Positions 60,101-64,000 of a DNA stretch of 64,000 nucleotides are shown here, in pieces; the first letter of the stretch is position 1, and each line of letters opens with the position of its first letter. Position numbers and translations under genes: made by a program. The notes beneath the pieces are model-generated. The model searched no databases. It saw only the letters and a list, made by a program, of their open reading frames with translations, and was not told where the DNA came from. Source of the DNA: Myxococcota bacterium (GTDB lineage Bacteria > Myxococcota_A > SURF-8); NCBI GenBank assembly GCA_963674735.2, contig CAXXQS010000002.1:1344001-1408000 (forward strand). Direction: 5' to 3'.

Positions 60101-63100
60101 CTATAACGCGCTGCGTCAAGAGATGCTTACCACTAGTGGCGATTTCGGTGCCGGTGACGACACCTTCCCGCTACGCAATGGTATTGCTTACATTCCGCAC
60201 AGCGTTTCCGGTTGGGGTGAAGATACCTTCCTGTCGATTGAGCCATACAAGATGGCCTACTTCACACCGAACTGGGAGCATCGTGACGGTGACGGCTACA
60301 ATACGGCGGGTCATCCGTCCGTGTTGCCGGGTATCGGTTACGGCATCGAGTTCGATCCCGTCCGCAACCTGATTTACTCGGTTTCCTCGTCCAGTCCGCA
60401 GTTGTATGCTTACACGTATAATTCGTTGACGAGCAGCTGGAGTGGCACCACGATTACCGGTTCTATTCCAACTTGTATCGATCTGGCCTACGACGGGAAC
60501 TTCCTCTATTGTATGGGGAACCACAACGGCACCATTTCACGCTTCAAGCTTTCCGGTGCCGCCGGATCGCAAACGATGGCGGCTCAGGGGACATTCAGTC
60601 CCGGCACCGCTCTGGCCTACGACGGTTTGGCTGTTGCCAACGGCTTGCTCTATGTCGGTGGAAGAGGCGACACGGATCGCACGGTCACGGTGTATCGTAC
60701 CGGCGACTGGTCGGATGATTCGACCGATCTGCCGACAAGCGCTGCCAGCTTCTCCGTGTCATCCGATGCCAATGCCAATATCGGCACCTTGTTGAGTGAT
60801 GGCCGCTTCCTTTACACGCACGCCGTCGAACTCAGCGGTGGGGTGCCGACGGATTCTCACAATCGGGTATACGGGCACGCGCTGCTCAACCAGATGGCCT
60901 TTTTCCAGGCTAATCCGAATGAGGACTCGCTCGACGCCGCGCGGGCGGAATACGCTCCCTTGGGTGGTGTAATCGATCGCTTCGATGACAGCGATTTCAC
61001 CGATCTCTGGAATTTGTCGAGTGGTAACTTCAGCCAGGGCTCCGGGTTTGTGGCCGCAACAGGTACGACCAACATGTTGCTTGCCAAAACCACGCCTCCA
61101 ACGCGTTACTTTGCCATTGAAGCCGATGTAATGGATACCGCTTCCATCGCCGATGGCGAGGTGGGTCTGGTTTACTCGGCCGCCAATACGAACAATCGTT
61201 TCCAGTGCGGCTTCAACGTCAATCAAGACGTCAGCCCGATCACGTATAGTGCACGTATTTACCGACGCAGTACGGCCAACGGAACGGTCGAGGTCGGCAG
61301 TCGTGACGACCTGACATTCGCCAAGGGTGCCTGGTATCATCTCAAAGTGGTGGTAACAGACCGTGATCATACTTGTTATATCAATGGCGTGAAGGTTGCG
61401 TCTCTCCAGGGTGATTCAACCTTGCCCGGCGGCGCGCCGCTTTCAGTCGGTGTCTTCGCCGATCAAGACGGGGCGCGTTTCAACAACTTCCGTCTGACCC
61501 CGCTACAGGGTGATGTGTCCGGTTCCAACTGGACGTATGCTTCGACGGATGCCCAGGATATTACGCCGCCTACCGATATCACCAGTGCCACCTCCACCCA
61601 TTCTCCGGCGATCAACGTTTGGAGTAACGTGGATGAGATTTCGGTGAACTGGGATGAGCCCGATTCACAGGGAACGGCTTACAGCTTTACGTCGTCCGCT
61701 CTGGATGGTGCTCATAACTTCTCGAATGGTTTCGCCAACGGCACCTTCGATGGTGGCGATGGCGCAAAGGCCTATAGCTGGTATCGCAACACCGCTTTGA
61801 CTTCGACGCACGACACAAGCTGCACCAATGCCGGTTGTTCGCGGCGCGTGGTGGGCACTGAAACTTTCAGCGGTATTTCGATGGCGGGTAAAACCATCTC
61901 CGGCTATGGGCGGTATATCCGCTCCCGTGCCGATGGAACCGCATATATCGGTTTAATCCAGCGTGTGCCGGTGATGACCAAAGACAGCAGCGATTTCGCT
62001 TTCGAGTTTGATTATTACTGCGAGTCGGGCACGATCAATCTGCAGAGTGGCAAAAATGGATGGCGAATGCGCTTTATCCGGGAAGATGGCAATGCCACCC
62101 CATACGATTCTACAGCTGTTGCCTATCTGTCGAATGGAACGACAGCGATCAAGGATCTGAACCAGTTTGAATGTGTGGCCAACGAAACCGGCCATGTGGT
62201 TGCCAAGGTTTCAACTCCCAGTAGCATGGCGAATCATTACTATCGTCTACAAGTTTATGACTGGGCTTTGACTTCCGGCAATTACCCCACCGATCCCTAC
62301 GTTTTCCAGGGGATCGTTCTCGACAACTTCACACTGCGTGAGGTGGATTCTGCGACCATCGAAACGCTGATGGCCGAGTACCTCGTGACGGCCACCTGGA
62401 GCGATGGCGGCAGCAGCCAAGTTTACCAATACACCCGGCCAAACAACACGGCCGGTCGCGATTTGGTGATTCCGCCCAACGGCGATCAGATCGCCAGTGG
62501 CGAGTGGGTGGTAACGGTTGCGGGTAAAGATGCAGCCGGAAACTGGAATGAAAACGACTACGAACTGAATAAATTCCTGGTCGATAACACCAAACCGGCC
62601 ACTCCGGAGATCAGTTGTAATGTCGATAAGGCGGACTGGTCGAATGCGACGTCCGCGACTTGTAGCTGGGATAAGACCACTGGGCCGAGTCCGGGAACTT
62701 ACTACACCTGTTACAGCAACTCTTCCAATCCGGCGGATTGCAATACCTGGTCCTCGCAGTCGGATACCAGTGCCAGTGTTGCCGTTGCGTTGACTGAAGG
62801 TATCGAGGGTAAATCTTATCTGCATGTCTATGCCATGGATACCGGTTCTCCGGATCCCGGCGTCGATCCGCCGGGCATCGATACCTACGAGTTCTGGATC
62901 GATCAGACTAAACCCACCGCTCCGACGGTGTCGTGTTCGTGTCCCGACTCGGTATCGATCGGTGACGGCGCGGACCCGGACGCTGTCGACGAGTGGTATT
63001 GCATGAACGATGACAAGAACATCAGTTGTGCTTGGAATGATCTTCCGCAGCCGCCAACCTCGCCGCGCAAATTCGGATCGTGTCTGTATCAGGTGCGCAC

Positions 63101-64000
63101 GGAGGACTTGGGTGCCGGTCAGGAAATGGAAGATTTCGATTGTAACGCGGCGGTGAAGTGTACACTCAATTACGTTCTCTCCACCCCGGCGAAAGCGTTG
63201 GGAGATACGCTTGTCAATGGTTCCGGTACCTGGTGTTTCTATGCGGGCAATTCCGATACCGGTGGTTTCTCAGACGTGTCTTCCTATAAGTTCCATATCG
63301 ATATTACTCCGCCCGAGCGGCCGAGTAACGAATGGGCTCCGTGGGTCATCAACGGCGAAGGCGCCAAGGTCGATTACACGGCCGAAGAGAGACCGACCTG
63401 GGTATGGCAGCCTGCAATCGATCAGCATTCCGGTCTTGCCGGTGGTACGGGTCGTTACGACATCATGTGGTCGCTTGATGGCTGCGGGAACTACTCGGCC
63501 CAGAATTCCGCTGACGCGGCTACCGAAACCTACACACATACCAGTGACTTGACCGTCAATGTGAAGTATTGGGGTTGGGTGCGGGCGTTTGATTTGGTTG
63601 ACAACTATGCCGATTCGGAATGTGGCGAAATCTTCGTGGTTGGTATGGAAGATCCCGCACCTCCGGCCGTTTCGGCGCTGATTGATCCGGTTCTGCAATC
63701 CGAAGCTGGTAAGATCAAGCTGGTTATCGATAACACGGGTAATGTCCAACCCAACATCATGTTTGCGGTGATCGAAAACAAGGCGACCGGTGGAACTTAT
63801 CTCCGTGGGGATGGGACGCTCGGTGCGGCCTATGTCGATCCGAAAACCGGCGATCCGGCGCTTATCAACGAGATCTGGCGCACTTACGACGCGAGTGGTT
63901 CGGCGGTGCATTGGAACGGTACGAATGGTCTCATCATAGACGGAATCGATTTCGGTAGCGGAGAAGTGCCGCTTTACGATGGGACGGAATTCGAGTTCCA
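51123..64000 (+). CDS. giant secreted Ig/Fn3-like repeat adhesin, >4290 aa, 3' end outside window
   Basis: GGAGG SD, ATG 51123, signal peptide MKAPERALTRKSLLYALALIVGFMLLAPQPEAQA; supplied track has no closed ORF in this frame; frame still reads GEVPLYDGTEFEF at window end. Confidence 0.9.
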   Translation, partial: MKAPERALTRKSLLYALALIVGFMLLAPQPEAQAYTLYSANNYWISAAPTLDYNNSNSTYLDYYDRNYNAYAGARIVAHTCHQNAKGRGFLRYYRRYGNNTGSWQYSDSYACPSNGSSPPGTTASNGGYIYEFSDYNNLGFGSSATSTQYAVKMRIYARNPNTGGYYDGPQTYYIRHRIDNGWPGTSNQINTFYSKCTGAAASTTNVDCSPNTCAGKNSWFVCNSTWNYYARDYGDYAFTSSTDFSRGHRVTSLKTGHDSSSYANSNPTTGWLAGLDITNQNLATGLRTIYMHGWGWDSFTAGGDADKQRRLGRHRYYYRYDNNMPTLAQKTAGGGPTAGRWYNTGGWDIKWELADTISKPRWGFVDGPTGDLTCTSSTSSGCGGNSGAFEMGRTLNEVRNGAYGGITLYYSGCDYSGRGFGTHSTYCLTDGTYNDPRKSATYYYDRNNPYVSVTCSTGTCPANGWVNSDFSVYFDGKDNSSSTNAGPWKLYYRTLSGEYSSFTVDTSHCTSTPVTDSTPSYNETVRYTWSVGSSFGATGKTTCARIYDGSYDDSNHQGARSAASTCKFYKYDGHNPTITMSNSGSCCVPSTSNCYLGDDGDNITLTLHDDEELKRVDCNWTTSSSSSYPSQGGGTRGANLTGQNATFNTQYDDATSTGEGTRYLWCKVWDTTGRSATVSGYFKLDRNPPTTSVTSNYPYYTNASQSNISWKNGTTPTFYGNASKGTNDSAIQKYQWELNETTSSELSYTGSSPMASWAISPSPGNLDRQGRNDFKFKTRNSVCTAHESHAWSGWSTIYIWRDTLGPDRPGRPTTPGGRYTSDNTPTFTFTPTQGDCVPSSATSTSCGSYTRNASTYSSLYSGIKDSNMYRYYLRETTGGSNLSNNYFTCTSTSSCSFTPSYTLQTERDYVLLLRVYDKAGKYGNADNTTDAVTGSSSTWVYFTYDHSAPNTLSAVPSAVADANVSTNRTYYSSGTSVNVTTKARDALGWAPLYVAISTTKYGTTDCNNAGLAGAWRSMGGSLKTTSELTYTYSVSDFSSSGTNYYVYFKDSGNNCVAYNTTSGPGYTFKIIKDTAPPANPQLRVYSSTSSNNCSNIGSGTARTTSRDVKLVACVTNASSEPNLKVFAEDNWIRNSGFDTSRPSDYNDNHGTTTESDHWYNPGNRGLRKQTSVWGTSTWANEYTASSTAAYEIGISQCLFGCGGAGTYCPSGDNLSCPVSGTPGSNQFQDKWTQAPSGWSWHTNYRYYCNAVGTSGNDYYTKVYGASGQGTAFFFDCPSIGSTGYRSNNETLTNIGSYLAFAFKEDQDLSSGKVTVDNFEFYRYPTSSTPNDSNTSLNDLNEWMGWKSWSGTSSGSFNWKLPEGDGPHKVYAWFKDQTGNITTSAATATIILDRRAPWGGLVVAAPTSTETIDGRRYTSAPRPQLRLRAYDDWTTGSGMRAALSLNNSTYGSYFGISHGDQTLDVSSTYWPGLSGAVNATTGNTVYARFKDGGDNTTSHTIASAIYLDRKKPELAASLATANQGYTNENVTVRITTLKDNWPYMDGSNKKLRVCIKHKNSTGDTATPTYDDPSATGNCWQNISVSGTSYYSGTADLAYTLTGNKNENKTVYVWAVDGSAKRYGIDPLNIAGPVTMTTFLDGTPPTCASIVAYGKDRNNADDSRFFNDGTVKVVVKATDVAGVSGVRLSNSTSFSGGWTSMASCTGGYCATVATFDINEAATTPKVYAQFQDTLGNYTTSGFCSDTITYDITGPQKAAVQIVGNVPGDINKTNTPNVKLKVGAYVGTATPGAVSGITEGWTNTTANPLYYRVCRNLTGNTNSDCWPNASGWLALPSSGDVPTGTTTFNLGECSVGLASCTKSVYLWLSDQGGNDSAPNQNGAYPVRTDTVTLDSNKPVCTASVTSADFSYTSDHFTDDPILNVSIDREGNTDISHYCLCTGDTNALPSSAGSTSDYCADNTSNGRCTGWTSIPVSNTTQWTLYSGAAASAPQGDKHMWIFCRDSSYNISCDPKTETCAAQDYAKIDTKAPAIPAQNIHVKDSSHPLQTNQKNAKITWGSSYDTYGECSGSGTCGGGTCISQFCSPAVASGLVGYQARYKLDTASTWKPTENVFNLTAYPYPQDMIWDPVYNFEPDGHWQIQVKAVDKLYQSSEVDHANPAGSTWQQVSVLVDTTGPQPYNPVDGAAITLYEPNSSCGTSFYTHASKKVTASNAIDIAINAKDALDPDGQGTNWREATATVMGFSVVAATADCPQNTAVDYRYIFEADECFQGVDGGGQQWSNGFPIVSGTPATTVEKKICGHFRDWINNYSPAVRNDADFVALVTYDREGPYASGLPSTDEDVHNTPKPNWTWTASTGDKARALASTGDSCPGAPYRLRYWMGPVGGETAGPYYSKSLTTNQMTSIDYNTGQELIPGVWNAVVEVYDAKCYKTDSTAGETEYDTSVSSDNKVSILSPADNSNKFTNKAAVDLSISTVDTDIEKYVTWNCNNGESTPLLGTWTPYSSDGSIGGWTLDVSGISTPKGTVKVCYRFLDAAGNITCDPVASPSCDPSHGLDFAPQMDTIIYDKWAPTNDGDAIAVASLSDGPDPFYTNQSSVAVTLSAKDGNSDEWTSLRYAIANAADGSSPANPASSVGSWQAFTSPLDIASHSLGVSGDACDANGQRDVYVWFADQGALIPGDGPTEYNRTPNGSPYKDSIFFDNCMPQPVDTSVPHIVKVGGIDPNATDDATPEWTWPAFADPGSASSTGAGLCTAALCNTASIKGTYQICWSNYESSCAWSTDAPYFRDTNSYTHTSALNPGVWYFHVRAYDRAGNVSDTLVGSATVVDVQKPSKPIVSAFDDDPLNQHLASARLVIDAADGNDGSAVDYAIKVANVSNGAGGTMWVGDSGVLETDPVWQSRNTWNGDGSGVIIKELEDSKLYIFTLIASFDQGGEYPSDDFASVRVNDRTPILPPTPTASADVGNNQVDLSVSYKDPTSTRFPAAVWDANAERYNALRQEMLTTSGDFGAGDDTFPLRNGIAYIPHSVSGWGEDTFLSIEPYKMAYFTPNWEHRDGDGYNTAGHPSVLPGIGYGIEFDPVRNLIYSVSSSSPQLYAYTYNSLTSSWSGTTITGSIPTCIDLAYDGNFLYCMGNHNGTISRFKLSGAAGSQTMAAQGTFSPGTALAYDGLAVANGLLYVGGRGDTDRTVTVYRTGDWSDDSTDLPTSAASFSVSSDANANIGTLLSDGRFLYTHAVELSGGVPTDSHNRVYGHALLNQMAFFQANPNEDSLDAARAEYAPLGGVIDRFDDSDFTDLWNLSSGNFSQGSGFVAATGTTNMLLAKTTPPTRYFAIEADVMDTASIADGEVGLVYSAANTNNRFQCGFNVNQDVSPITYSARIYRRSTANGTVEVGSRDDLTFAKGAWYHLKVVVTDRDHTCYINGVKVASLQGDSTLPGGAPLSVGVFADQDGARFNNFRLTPLQGDVSGSNWTYASTDAQDITPPTDITSATSTHSPAINVWSNVDEISVNWDEPDSQGTAYSFTSSALDGAHNFSNGFANGTFDGGDGAKAYSWYRNTALTSTHDTSCTNAGCSRRVVGTETFSGISMAGKTISGYGRYIRSRADGTAYIGLIQRVPVMTKDSSDFAFEFDYYCESGTINLQSGKNGWRMRFIREDGNATPYDSTAVAYLSNGTTAIKDLNQFECVANETGHVVAKVSTPSSMANHYYRLQVYDWALTSGNYPTDPYVFQGIVLDNFTLREVDSATIETLMAEYLVTATWSDGGSSQVYQYTRPNNTAGRDLVIPPNGDQIASGEWVVTVAGKDAAGNWNENDYELNKFLVDNTKPATPEISCNVDKADWSNATSATCSWDKTTGPSPGTYYTCYSNSSNPADCNTWSSQSDTSASVAVALTEGIEGKSYLHVYAMDTGSPDPGVDPPGIDTYEFWIDQTKPTAPTVSCSCPDSVSIGDGADPDAVDEWYCMNDDKNISCAWNDLPQPPTSPRKFGSCLYQVRTEDLGAGQEMEDFDCNAAVKCTLNYVLSTPAKALGDTLVNGSGTWCFYAGNSDTGGFSDVSSYKFHIDITPPERPSNEWAPWVINGEGAKVDYTAEERPTWVWQPAIDQHSGLAGGTGRYDIMWSLDGCGNYSAQNSADAATETYTHTSDLTVNVKYWGWVRAFDLVDNYADSECGEIFVVGMEDPAPPAVSALIDPVLQSEAGKIKLVIDNTGNVQPNIMFAVIENKATGGTYLRGDGTLGAAYVDPKTGDPALINEIWRTYDASGSAVHWNGTNGLIIDGIDFGSGEVPLYDGTEFEF

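Noticed and set aside
51256-63911. Many short ORFs suggesting a gene-poor or pseudogenised region
   Set aside because: All are off-frame or antisense to a single giant open frame starting at 51123

Overview
GC-rich chromosomal DNA from a deltaproteobacterial/Myxococcota-like bacterium. The lineage is inferred from the PilB N-terminus, a MYXO-CTERM-like tail, a DUF6178-like protein and Cys-rich lipoproteins. I found no tRNA, rRNA, CRISPR array, integrase or transposase. The left half mixes housekeeping genes (trmFO fragment, PfpI family, rpmB, asd, slyD, PBP1A, ComF), three glycosyltransferases, and several large surface proteins with Asp-Gly-Asp (DGD) linkers and Cys-rich modules. The right half is a type IVa pilus locus (pilB-pilT-pilC-pilE-like-fimU-pilV-pilW-pilX-pilY1). 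On the same strand it continues into a small exported protein, a ~1060-aa Cys-repeat lipoprotein, and a giant secreted protein (51123 to >64000, >4290 aa). The giant ORF is missing from the supplied track because it has no stop inside the window. It has ~25 Ig/Fn3-like modules, nested lectin-like and propeller-like inserts, and low-GC aromatic-rich patches. The pilus-tip operon plus giant adhesin is the best candidate for an undescribed system. All family assignments come from motif recognition by eye, not database searches.
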